Of a stretch of DNA of 64,000 bases, positions 39,964 through 48,580 are shown piece by piece. The DNA lies in the NCBI GenBank assembly GCA_041690395.1, contig JAWLHJ010000004.1, positions 1 through 64,000 on the forward strand, in the 5' to 3' direction. Source of the stretch: Longimicrobiales bacterium. GTDB taxonomy: Bacteria > Gemmatimonadota > Gemmatimonadetes > Longimicrobiales > Gaopeijiaceae. Under the pieces are notes generated by a model, which was not told the origin of the DNA, did no database searches, and worked only from the letters and a program-made list of their open reading frames with translations. The position numbers and the translations under genes were made by a program. Each line of letters starts with the position of its first letter. The first letter of the stretch is position 1.

Positions 39964-42795
39964 TCAGCCGCCTTCCAGGCTCGCCAGCTTCTCCCGCAGC
40001 TTGCCGCCCTGCTCCTCGAGCTGGGTTGCCTTGTCACGCTCCTTCTGGACCACGTCCGCGGGTGCGTTCTGCGTGAACTTCTCGTTGGCCAGCCGTCCGC
40101 GGGTGCCCTCGAGTTGCCCCTCGACCCGGTCGATCTCGTCGCGAAGGCGACCCGCCTCCCGCTCGATGTCGATGACCCCCTCCAGCGGGACGAACAGCTC
40201 GGCACCGCTCTCGAGCACCGCGTGGGCTCCGACGCCCGTTCCTGCGCTCGACTCCACTCTTCCAACGCGCGCCATGCGCTCGAGGGCGATGGCCTGTGCG
40301 GCGAGGGCATCCATGAGCGCCGCCCCGGCGCCGGTGACGTGCACGGTGATCCGCTCCCCCTCGGCGATCCCGTACTCCTTGCGGAGCCTCCGGACCTCGC
40401 CGACGAGCGACTGAACCTCGGCCATCCCGCGCCCCGCTTCGGCGTCGGCAAAGCCGTCGGCCCCGTCCGGCCACGCCGCCACGATCAGGTCCTCGGGTCG
40501 CGACTCGCCGGCGGGCCAAGGCAACCTGGACCAAAGCTCGGCGGTGACGAACGGCACCACCGGATGCAGCAGGCGGAAGGCCCGGTCCAACACCGTCACG
40601 AGGGTCGTGCGCGCGGCCTCGCGGCTCGCGGGATCCGACTCCGGCCCGAGCCTGCCCTTCACGAGCTCCAGGTACCAGTCGCAGATGTCACCCCAGAAGA
40701 AGTGGTAGAGCCCCTCCGCGGCGTCGTGCAGGCGGAAGCGCTCGAGCGCGCTCGTGGCGGCGCGCCCCGCCTCCGTGGTGCGGGTCAGGATCCAGCGGTC
40801 CTCGAGCTCGAGATCTCCCTCGACCTCCGACAGCGGGCGCACCGGGGCCTCGCCGAGGCTGAGCAGCGCGAAGCGTCCCGCGTTCCAGATCTTGTTGGCG
40901 AAGTTGCGGCCGTTCGCGAAGGCGGCCTCGACGTCTTCGTGGTCCAGGCTGATGTCCGTGCCGACGGCGCACTGGCTGACGATCGTATAGCGCATGGCGT
41001 CGGCGCCGAATCGCTCCACCACCTCCAGTGGGTCGATGCCGTTGCCCAGCGACTTGGACATCTTCCGTCCCTGCGCGTCCCGCACCGTGCCGTGCAGGTA
41101 GATCTGGCTGAACGGCGCCTCGCCGTGAAACTCGTATCCCATCATGACCATGCGGGCGACCCAGAAGAACAGGATCTCGGGCGCCGTCACCATGGCGTGT
41201 CCCGGATAGAACGCCTTCAGGTCGTCGGTCTGCTCGGGCCATCCGAACACGGAGAAGGGCCAGAGCTGCGAGCTGAACCACGTATCGAGCACGTCCGGAT
41301 CCTGCTCGAGCTCCGTGCCCCCGCACTTCGGGCAGGCATCGGGATCTTCGCGGGCCACGATCGTCTCGCCGCAGGCGCAGTACCAGACGGGAATGCGGTG
41401 CCCCCACCAGAGCTGTCGGGAGATGCACCAGTCGCGGATGTTCTCCATCCAGTGCTCGTAAACACGCTTCCAGTGCGGCGGCGTGAACGTGATCGAGCCG
41501 TCCCGCGCCGCCTCGAGCGCGGGCTCGGCGAGCGGCTTCATCTTCACGAACCATTGGTCGGACAGCCGCGGCTCCACCACGGTGCCGCACCGGTAGCAAT
41601 GCGGCACGGAGTGGGCGTGGTCCTCGCGGCCCCCGACGAGCCCTTCCTTCTCGAGCGCGGACAGGACCGCCTTGCGAGCCTCGAAGCGGTCGACGCCACG
41701 GAAGGGCGCCGGGACCGCGTCGTTGAGCGTCGCGTCCGGGTTCATCACGTCGAGCACGTCCAGGCCCGTCCGCCCGGCGATCTCGAAGTCGTTCACGTCG
41801 TGTGCGGGCGTGACTTTCACCATCCCGGACCCGAAGGTCGGGTCGACGTAGTCGTCGGCGACGATGGGGATGCGGCGTCCGGTGAGGGGCAGCTCGATGT
41901 CCGCGCCGACCAGAGCCTGATAGCGCTCGTCGTCCGGATGGACGGCGACGCCCGTGTCTCCGAGCATCGTCTCCGGCCGCGTCGTCGAGACGGTGACGTA
42001 CCAGCGACCGTCGTCGAAGCGGCCTATGCCGATGGGGGCGGGCGTCTCGGGCTCCTCCGCCTCGGGCTCCTCCGCCTCGGCCTCGTCCCCGTCGGCCTGC
42101 TCTGCCCTCAGAGCGAGCGCCGCCTCGTACGCCGTCTCCGCCGCCCCGTAGGCCTCCTCGGCCAACGGATATCGGAAGTGCCACAACGAGCCCGCCGTCT
42201 CCTCGCCCTCGGCCTCCTCGTTGGAGAGCGCCGTGAGGCAGCGCGGACACCAGTTGATGATGTACTCGCCCCGGTAGATCAGCCCCTTCTCGTAGAGGTG
42301 CACGAACACCTCTCGCACCGCGCGGCTGAGCTCCGGGTCGAGGGTGAAGCGCGTCCGCCCCCAGTCGCACGACGCGCCGATCGCCTTGAGCTGGTCGAGG
42401 ATGACGGGCCCCGTCTCGTTGACGAAGTCCCAGACACGCTCGACGAACTTCTCACGCCCCAGGTCGTCGCGGTGCTTCCCTTCGGCCGCCAGCTGACGCT
42501 CCACCACGTTCTGCGTCGCGATGCCCGCATGATCGGTGCCCGGCACCCAGACCGCGGCGCGACCCTGCATGCGACGCCACCGGATGAGCACGTCCTGCAC
42601 GGTGTTGTTGAGCCCGTGCCCCATGTGGAGCACGGCCGTCACGTTCGGTGGCGGGATGACGATGACGTACGGCTCCCGGCCTTCCTCGAGGACCGCGTCG
42701 GCGGAGACGTGGAAGTATCCACCCTCCTGCCAGGCTCGGTAACGCGGGGGCTCGATCGCGCGGGGGTCCAGACGGGGGGCGAGCTCCTGACTCAC
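39964..42795 (-). CDS. valS: Valine--tRNA ligase
   Basis: PPPNVT..HMGH, PGTDHAGIATQ, TTRPET, DWCISRQLWWGH, KMSKS, C-terminal coiled coil; GTG start. Confidence 0.97.
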   Translation of the reverse strand: MSQELAPRLDPRAIEPPRYRAWQEGGYFHVSADAVLEEGREPYVIVIPPPNVTAVLHMGHGLNNTVQDVLIRWRRMQGRAAVWVPGTDHAGIATQNVVERQLAAEGKHRDDLGREKFVERVWDFVNETGPVILDQLKAIGASCDWGRTRFTLDPELSRAVREVFVHLYEKGLIYRGEYIINWCPRCLTALSNEEAEGEETAGSLWHFRYPLAEEAYGAAETAYEAALALRAEQADGDEAEAEEPEAEEPETPAPIGIGRFDDGRWYVTVSTTRPETMLGDTGVAVHPDDERYQALVGADIELPLTGRRIPIVADDYVDPTFGSGMVKVTPAHDVNDFEIAGRTGLDVLDVMNPDATLNDAVPAPFRGVDRFEARKAVLSALEKEGLVGGREDHAHSVPHCYRCGTVVEPRLSDQWFVKMKPLAEPALEAARDGSITFTPPHWKRVYEHWMENIRDWCISRQLWWGHRIPVWYCACGETIVAREDPDACPKCGGTELEQDPDVLDTWFSSQLWPFSVFGWPEQTDDLKAFYPGHAMVTAPEILFFWVARMVMMGYEFHGEAPFSQIYLHGTVRDAQGRKMSKSLGNGIDPLEVVERFGADAMRYTIVSQCAVGTDISLDHEDVEAAFANGRNFANKIWNAGRFALLSLGEAPVRPLSEVEGDLELEDRWILTRTTEAGRAATSALERFRLHDAAEGLYHFFWGDICDWYLELVKGRLGPESDPASREAARTTLVTVLDRAFRLLHPVVPFVTAELWSRLPWPAGESRPEDLIVAAWPDGADGFADAEAGRGMAEVQSLVGEVRRLRKEYGIAEGERITVHVTGAGAALMDALAAQAIALERMARVGRVESSAGTGVGAHAVLESGAELFVPLEGVIDIEREAGRLRDEIDRVEGQLEGTRGRLANEKFTQNAPADVVQKERDKATQLEEQGGKLREKLASLEGG
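42046..42075. repeat. Perfect 15-bp tandem duplication inside a valS insertion
   Basis: ctcgggctcctccgc x2, encoding AEEPE twice. Confidence 0.85.
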
Positions 42796-42881
42796 GTGTG
42801 CTTTCCGAGGTTCTTGGGGATCGGATCGGGAGAACCCGTAAGATGGCGCCCCCGCCGTGCGTTCGGAACCGGCGTCCTGCG

Positions 42882-43709
42882 TCAGCCGCCCGGCCTGCGC
42901 AGGGAGTCGGCGGACGCGCGCTCCAGGTCCCGGCGGGCACGGATCGCCTCCGAGCGCTCGCGCCACGAGTCGCGCAGCTCCATCTGCCGGCCCTGCCGCT
43001 GGATCTCGTCGAACTGATACAGGCGCATGTTCACCTCGGCCCGGTTCGCCGGGTTCACCCCGAAGTCGAACGGGAGCGGAAGCGAGAAGTCGCCGAGATA
43101 GACGCGCCCGTCGGCGACCCCCCAGCGCTTCCCCGAGTCGTCGGTGAAGGTCCAGTCCGTCAGCGCGCGTTCGGCGTCCTGCGCGACGAGCACGGAGTCG
43201 TACCACTCCTGGAGCCGACCGGAGGCCAACAGCTCTTCGCGGTGCGCGGGGGTCAGCTCGCCGAGCGCCCGGTCGAGAGGCGCCCAGATGCGGGCGTCGG
43301 TCAGCCTCGGCCTGAGCCGCTCGGCCGCCGTCGGCCCAGGGGGCGGCAGGTCGAGGGCGACGGGAGCGCTGAGGTCGGGCAGATCGATCGAGCCCACGGG
43401 AACGGTCGGCTCGATGGCCTCCTCGGGCTCCTCGGGCGGCTCCGTCGTCTCGGCCTCCTCCTCGTCGAGCTCGACGAGCGTGATGACTTCGACGCCGTCC
43501 AGCGCATCGGTCGAGGCCGACACCGGGAACGACACCGCTTCCGGCCTCAGGCTGTCGAAGAGGAGGGGGTAGATCGCAATTCCGACCAGGTGGAGCGCGG
43601 CCGAGATCCCGAAGGCCCACGCGAGGAGACGGCGCGATCCCTTGTCCGGACGCCGCGGGTGGGCCGCCCGGTCCGAGGTGCTGTCGTCTCCGCCGGCCCG
43701 ATCAATCAT
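42882..43709 (-). CDS. Hypothetical single-pass membrane protein with a TonB/TolA-like anchor
   Basis: TM AFGISAALHLVG followed by a Glu/Pro-rich linker. The start is uncertain. Confidence 0.65.
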   Translation of the reverse strand: MIDRAGGDDSTSDRAAHPRRPDKGSRRLLAWAFGISAALHLVGIAIYPLLFDSLRPEAVSFPVSASTDALDGVEVITLVELDEEEAETTEPPEEPEEAIEPTVPVGSIDLPDLSAPVALDLPPPGPTAAERLRPRLTDARIWAPLDRALGELTPAHREELLASGRLQEWYDSVLVAQDAERALTDWTFTDDSGKRWGVADGRVYLGDFSLPLPFDFGVNPANRAEVNMRLYQFDEIQRQGRQMELRDSWRERSEAIRARRDLERASADSLRRPGG

Positions 43710-43770
43710 GTAGCGTGCTAACCCGTGCCGGGAGTGCGGTTCCTCGGGACCGGCTGCGGGCGGGCGCCGT

Positions 43771-44937
43771 TCAGAGGAGTGCGCCCAGTCGCCGGCCGGC
43801 CTCGGCGAGACGCTCTTCCGGGCCCGTGAGCGCCAGCCGGAAGAAGCCCTCCCCGCCGGCCCCGAGTGTGGCACCGGGTAGAACGATAACCCCCTGCTCC
43901 TCCAGGGCCCGTCGACCGAACTCCTCGGACGAGCCCACCCCGGGCGGGATCGGAACCCAGAGATACATCGTGGCTTTGGGGACCCTCACGTCGAAGCCGG
44001 ACTCTGTGAGCGCGGCGGCGAGCGCGTCGCGGCGGCGACGGAACGTCTCGACGTTGCCGGGCACCCAAGCGTCAGCGCCCTCGAGCGCCGCGGCGGCGCC
44101 CGCCTGGATCCCAAGGAACTGACCCGTATCGACGAACGTCTTCACCGTCTGCAGGGCCCCGACCAGCTCCGCGCGTCCGGCGACCCATCCGAGACGCCAG
44201 CCCGTCATGTTGAACGTCTTGGACATCGAGTGGAACTCGAGCGCGACCTCCCTGGCTCCGTCGAACTCGAAGATGCTCCTTGGCCGGTAACCGTCGAACG
44301 CCAGCTCCGAATAGGCGTTGTCGTGCACCAGAAGCGCCCCGCGCTCCCTGCAGAAGTCGATCGCCTGCCGGTAGTAGGCGTCGGGCGCGACGGCCGTCGT
44401 CGGGTTGTTCGGATAGTTCAGATAGAGAATCCGCGTGCGGGCAGCCACGTCGTCCGGAAGCTCTTCGAGCTGGATCAGGAAGTCGTGCTCCGGGCGCAAC
44501 GGCACCAGATGGGGCTCACCTCCGGCCAAGGTCACGCCGCCGACATAGGGCGTGTAGCCGGGATCCGGGATCACCGCCACGTCACCGGCGTCCATGAAGG
44601 CGAACGGCACGTGCGCGATGCCGTCCTTGGAGCCGACGAGAGGCAGGAGCTCCGACCAGGGATCGATCTCCAGACCGAAGCGACGACCCATCCAGGCCGC
44701 CGCCGCTTCACGGAACGCCGGGAGGCCCCGTTGGAACGGGTAGCTGGAGTAGGCCGGGTCGTCCACGACCTCCTTCAGTCGAGCCACCGCGGACGGCGGA
44801 GGCGCCAGCCCCGAGTCTCCGGCGCCCAGGTCGATCACGTCGACCCCCTCCGCCTCCAGCCGGGCCCGAGTGGCCTTCATCTGCGCCAACGGGAAGGCCG
44901 GGAGCCGCCCGAAGCGCGCGCTGGTACGGACCGTCAC
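43771..44937 (-). CDS. Class I/II PLP aminotransferase (LL-DAP aminotransferase-like)
   Basis: GSKDGI, PDPGY, LNYPNNPT, HDNAYSE, EFHSMSKTFNMTGWRLG. Confidence 0.88.
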   Translation of the reverse strand: MTVRTSARFGRLPAFPLAQMKATRARLEAEGVDVIDLGAGDSGLAPPPSAVARLKEVVDDPAYSSYPFQRGLPAFREAAAAWMGRRFGLEIDPWSELLPLVGSKDGIAHVPFAFMDAGDVAVIPDPGYTPYVGGVTLAGGEPHLVPLRPEHDFLIQLEELPDDVAARTRILYLNYPNNPTTAVAPDAYYRQAIDFCRERGALLVHDNAYSELAFDGYRPRSIFEFDGAREVALEFHSMSKTFNMTGWRLGWVAGRAELVGALQTVKTFVDTGQFLGIQAGAAAALEGADAWVPGNVETFRRRRDALAAALTESGFDVRVPKATMYLWVPIPPGVGSSEEFGRRALEEQGVIVLPGATLGAGGEGFFRLALTGPEERLAEAGRRLGALL

Positions 44938-45016
44938 GCGAGGCACAGGCCGAAGGGGACACGGCTGCGGACCGTCACGCAGCGAGGGTCCGGCCACCGG
45001 AGGCTCATGTGGCGGG

Positions 45017-45637
45017 TCAGTCCCCCACCACCGGGTTGGAAACCTTGCCCACGCCCGTGACCTCGACCTCGACGCGGTCTCCGGGCTTCAGCGGCCCGAT
45101 GCCGTCCGGGGTTCCCGTGGCGACGATGTCGCCCGGCTCGAGCGTCATGAACCGCGTCACGTACTCCAACACGGCCGGAATCGGGAAGACCATGTCCCCG
45201 ATCGCGCCGCGCTGCCGGATCTCCCCGTTCACCCGGGTGATCACCTCGAGGGCGTCGATGTCCACCTGCTCGATCGGGATCACCCGACCGACGGGGCAGA
45301 ACGTGTCGAAGCCCTTGGCGCGACTCCACTGGTTGTCGGACGCCTGGAGGTCGCGGGCGGTCACGTCGTTGAGCGGCAGCACGCCGCCGACGTAGTCCCA
45401 AGCCTCGTCGGCCGACACCTTGGTGGCCCTTCGCCCGATCACGACGGCGATCTCGCCCTCGTAGTCGACGCGACCGGCCCAGGACGGCATGACGATCTCG
45501 TCGCCCTCGCCGATGAGCGCGGATGGCGCCTTGAGGAAGATCAAGGGCTCCGCCGGCACGTCGCCACCCATCTCGGCGGCGTGCTTCGCGTAGTTCTTCC
45601 CGACGCAGACGATCTTGGACGGCCTGAGATCGCTCAT
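45017..45637 (-). CDS. Fumarylacetoacetate hydrolase family protein
   Basis: KIVCVGKNYAKH, FLKAPS, DYEGE, LNDVTARD, AKGFDTF, ATGTP. Confidence 0.92.
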   Translation of the reverse strand: MSDLRPSKIVCVGKNYAKHAAEMGGDVPAEPLIFLKAPSALIGEGDEIVMPSWAGRVDYEGEIAVVIGRRATKVSADEAWDYVGGVLPLNDVTARDLQASDNQWSRAKGFDTFCPVGRVIPIEQVDIDALEVITRVNGEIRQRGAIGDMVFPIPAVLEYVTRFMTLEPGDIVATGTPDGIGPLKPGDRVEVEVTGVGKVSNPVVGD

Positions 45638-45834
45638 GAGGAGGTCGGCCGCGTGTGCAGGTAGGTCCCGATGAGCGCGCCGAGCGCCGCTATGGTGAGG
45701 AGCACCCCGATGACCGTCCACCAGAAGCCCAGGTCCGCGTGCCCGGCCTCCCAGCCGCTGCTCGCGTTCCGGTACGCCCCGAACGCGATGCCGAGGTAGA
45801 CGACGCCGACCGCCATGCCGAAGATGCGTTTCAT
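45634..45834 (-). CDS. Small two-TM membrane protein (66 aa)
   Basis: Two hydrophobic segments; stop overlaps the FAH start (ATGA); promoter-like element upstream. Confidence 0.65.
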   Translation of the reverse strand: MKRIFGMAVGVVYLGIAFGAYRNASSGWEAGHADLGFWWTVIGVLLTIAALGALIGTYLHTRPTSS

Positions 45835-45887
45835 GAAGCTGCTGGGTCTTGGGTCCAAGTCTGGCCAGATGAGGCCCGGATCGGCTG

Positions 45888-45916
45888 AATCTACGACCCG
45901 CCCGCGCCTTGTCCAA
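45888..45916 (-). promoter_or_regulatory. Sigma70-like promoter
   Basis: TTGGAC - 17 nt - TAGATT. Confidence 0.5.
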
Positions 45917-45943
45917 GAAGGGTGAGGAACAACGCCCCTCCGC

Positions 45944-48580
45944 TCAGACTCCGTAGAAGGCGCGCACCCTGCGCGTCAGGTCGGTCCACGCCCCCTTCAC
46001 CAACGGCGCCGGCGGCAGCGACCCCTGGAGGTAGCGGCCGTAACGGCGCGTGACGAGGCGGTCGTCCAGAACCAGCACCACGCCCCGATCGGACTGGCTG
46101 CGGACGAGCCGCCCGAACCCCTGCTTGAGCCGGAGCGCGGCATGCGGGAGCATGAAGTCCCGGAAGGAGTCGCCCCCCGCGGCCTCCACGGCCTCCATGC
46201 GAGCGGCGGTGATCGGTTCGGTCGGCACCCTGAAGGGCAGCTTGTGGATGATGAGCGCGCGAAGCGGCTCCCCCGGGACGTCGACCCCCTCCCAGAACGA
46301 GCTGGTCCCGAGCAGGACGCCTCGGCCGGAGGTGACGAAGCGCTCGACGAGCCGGTGCCGGGCGTCCTCCCCTTGTACGAAGAGCGGCCACCGGGTATCC
46401 GCGCCCATCTTCCGCAGGACGTCCGCGGCTCTCCGCAGCGCCGCGTGCGACGTGAAGAGCACGAAGATCCCGCCGTCCGTGACGTCGGCCATCTCCACGA
46501 CGGTGTCCGCGACCCCGTCGCCGGAACTCCGCAGGGTTCGCTCCCAGGCTTCTCCGCCCCCCGCGGACCTGAAGCCCCCCGACGCGGCCCCCCGATCCGT
46601 GGGGACGACCAGGAGCGTGTTGTGCTCGAAGTCGAACGGGGAGTCGATGACCCGCTCGCGGACGGCGCCGATCTCCTCCATGGCGTCCGGGCCGGCGTCA
46701 CGCTCGCTGAGCCCGAGCCGGCCCTTCAGGAAGTCGAACGACCCACGGGTGGTGAGCGTCGCGGAGGTCAGGACGGTGGTCTCGGCCTTCGAGAACAGCG
46801 ATTCGCGGAGGACCTCGCCGAGCTCGATCGGCGCCGCGGCGAGCGCCAGGTTCCGCGATCGTCCGGATCCGCTCCTCCGCCCCTCCATCCAGCGGACGTA
46901 GCGCCCGCCTTCCTCGCCGGGAACGAGCACGAGGCGGAGCCCCTGCACCGCCGCGGCGATCCGGCGCTCGATGGAGCGGAGGTCGAGGAGCCGGCCTTCG
47001 AGGCGATCGGAGAGCTCCTCCTGCATCTCCAGTCGAGCCCTGAGCTCGGCGACCTCCCGCTCGAGCAGGGACAGCGCGGACACGGCCGCCCGCAGGGCCT
47101 CCTGCACGTCCATCCGCTCCGCCGGCTCACCGACACCCTTCGGTCCCAACCGCGCGACGGTCTCGTCTCCGTCCACCAACATCTCGAGCCGATCGACGAG
47201 CCCTTCGAGCGCCGCCCGCCCCTTCGAAGCAGCGGGACGTACCCGGTTCTCGAGCCGCTCCCGGAGCGGCACGGCGTCACGGGTGCCGGCGAGTGCCTCA
47301 TGGACGGCGGTGAGGACGCCCCGGCCCCGTCGGTCGAGACGCGACAGCATCCGGTACAGTCCCGAGCGGGTCAGCTCGACACCGAGGTGCGACGTCGCCG
47401 CGTCCTCGACGTTGTGGGCCTCGTCGAGGATCACCCGCTTATACGGAGGGAGTACGGCGGAGTGCGTGTAGTTCTGCGTCGCGCGCCGGACCGCCAGGTC
47501 GGTGAACAGGAGGTGGTGGTTCACCACGAGGAGCTGGGCAGAGGCCGCGTTCCGCCGCGAGCGCTGGTAGAAGCACTGTTGGAAGTGCGGACAGCGCGCC
47601 CGGAGGCACATGTCCGGATCGCTCCGGACCTCGTCCCACACGTCGTCCGAAGGGGTGAAGTCCAGATCGGACAGCGAGCCGTCGTCGGTCGCGTCGATCC
47701 AGGACAGGAGCGCCTTCAGCTCCGCCGAGCGGTCGTCCTCGAACAGGCTGGCCTGCCCCTCCGCCGCCAGCAGCGCCCGCCGGATCGAGACGTAGTTGCC
47801 CCGTCCCTTCACGAGCGCCCAGGACACCTCGCCGACCAGCCGCTCGACGAGTGGGAGATCCTTCCCGACGAGCTGCTCCTGGAGGTTGATCGTGTTCGTC
47901 GACAGCACGGTCCGCTCGCCGTTGCGGAGCGCCCACAGCGCGGCAGGGACCAGGTACGCCAGCGACTTCCCCGTTCCGGTGCCCGCTTCCACCAGCGTCA
48001 CGCCGCCTTCGTTGAACGACTCGGCGACCAGCGCCGCCATCGCTCGTTGGCCGGGTCGGTCCTCGTAACCCCGCATGCCCCGTTCGAGCGCCCCGCCCGC
48101 GCCGAGCACGGCCTCGACCTCGCCCGCCTCGATCGGCTCCACGACCCGTGGCGCGGGAGGCTCGACGACGACGTAGAGGCGCTCCGCCTCGTTGTCCACG
48201 ATCGCCGTGCCGAGGCCCTGCTCGTAGAGGAGCGAGGCGACGCGCATGTCCGCGTCGGACGGCTCCAGGACACCCGAAGGATGGTTGTGCACCATCACTC
48301 CGCCCTGGGGGGCATCCCGCGCGGCGACCAGCACGGCCTCGTAGTTGCCGCGGGCGACCGCCCTCGGGTCGCGCACCACCCGGGCGTCGTCCACCGTTGC
48401 CAGAAAGCAGACCTCCCGCCCACCCGCCCGCCGAACCTCGGCGCGTATGCGGGCGGCGGACTCGGGCGCGAGCGTCAGCTCGCGTGCGGGACCGCCCGTG
48501 CGACCTCCGGGCTTCTCGTCCGGCTCGTGCTCCTCGAGCCCGTCCAAGCCGACGAGGAAGGCGCCTTCGGGAAGGGTCAC
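45944..48580 (-). CDS. DinG/YoaA-family helicase with N-terminal JAB/RadC-like domain
   Basis: EVCF..HNHPSG..PSDAD; RPGQ, EAGTGTGKS, ILDEAH, TSATL, SFWEGVD, LKQGFGRLVR; GTGA overlap. Confidence 0.9.
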   Translation of the reverse strand: MTLPEGAFLVGLDGLEEHEPDEKPGGRTGGPARELTLAPESAARIRAEVRRAGGREVCFLATVDDARVVRDPRAVARGNYEAVLVAARDAPQGGVMVHNHPSGVLEPSDADMRVASLLYEQGLGTAIVDNEAERLYVVVEPPAPRVVEPIEAGEVEAVLGAGGALERGMRGYEDRPGQRAMAALVAESFNEGGVTLVEAGTGTGKSLAYLVPAALWALRNGERTVLSTNTINLQEQLVGKDLPLVERLVGEVSWALVKGRGNYVSIRRALLAAEGQASLFEDDRSAELKALLSWIDATDDGSLSDLDFTPSDDVWDEVRSDPDMCLRARCPHFQQCFYQRSRRNAASAQLLVVNHHLLFTDLAVRRATQNYTHSAVLPPYKRVILDEAHNVEDAATSHLGVELTRSGLYRMLSRLDRRGRGVLTAVHEALAGTRDAVPLRERLENRVRPAASKGRAALEGLVDRLEMLVDGDETVARLGPKGVGEPAERMDVQEALRAAVSALSLLEREVAELRARLEMQEELSDRLEGRLLDLRSIERRIAAAVQGLRLVLVPGEEGGRYVRWMEGRRSGSGRSRNLALAAAPIELGEVLRESLFSKAETTVLTSATLTTRGSFDFLKGRLGLSERDAGPDAMEEIGAVRERVIDSPFDFEHNTLLVVPTDRGAASGGFRSAGGGEAWERTLRSSGDGVADTVVEMADVTDGGIFVLFTSHAALRRAADVLRKMGADTRWPLFVQGEDARHRLVERFVTSGRGVLLGTSSFWEGVDVPGEPLRALIIHKLPFRVPTEPITAARMEAVEAAGGDSFRDFMLPHAALRLKQGFGRLVRSQSDRGVVLVLDDRLVTRRYGRYLQGSLPPAPLVKGAWTDLTRRVRAFYGV

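Noticed and set aside
42796..43620. N-terminal extension of the valS ORF to 1218 aa
   Set aside because: The extension is Arg/Ala-rich noise overlapping another gene; homology starts at GTG 42795.
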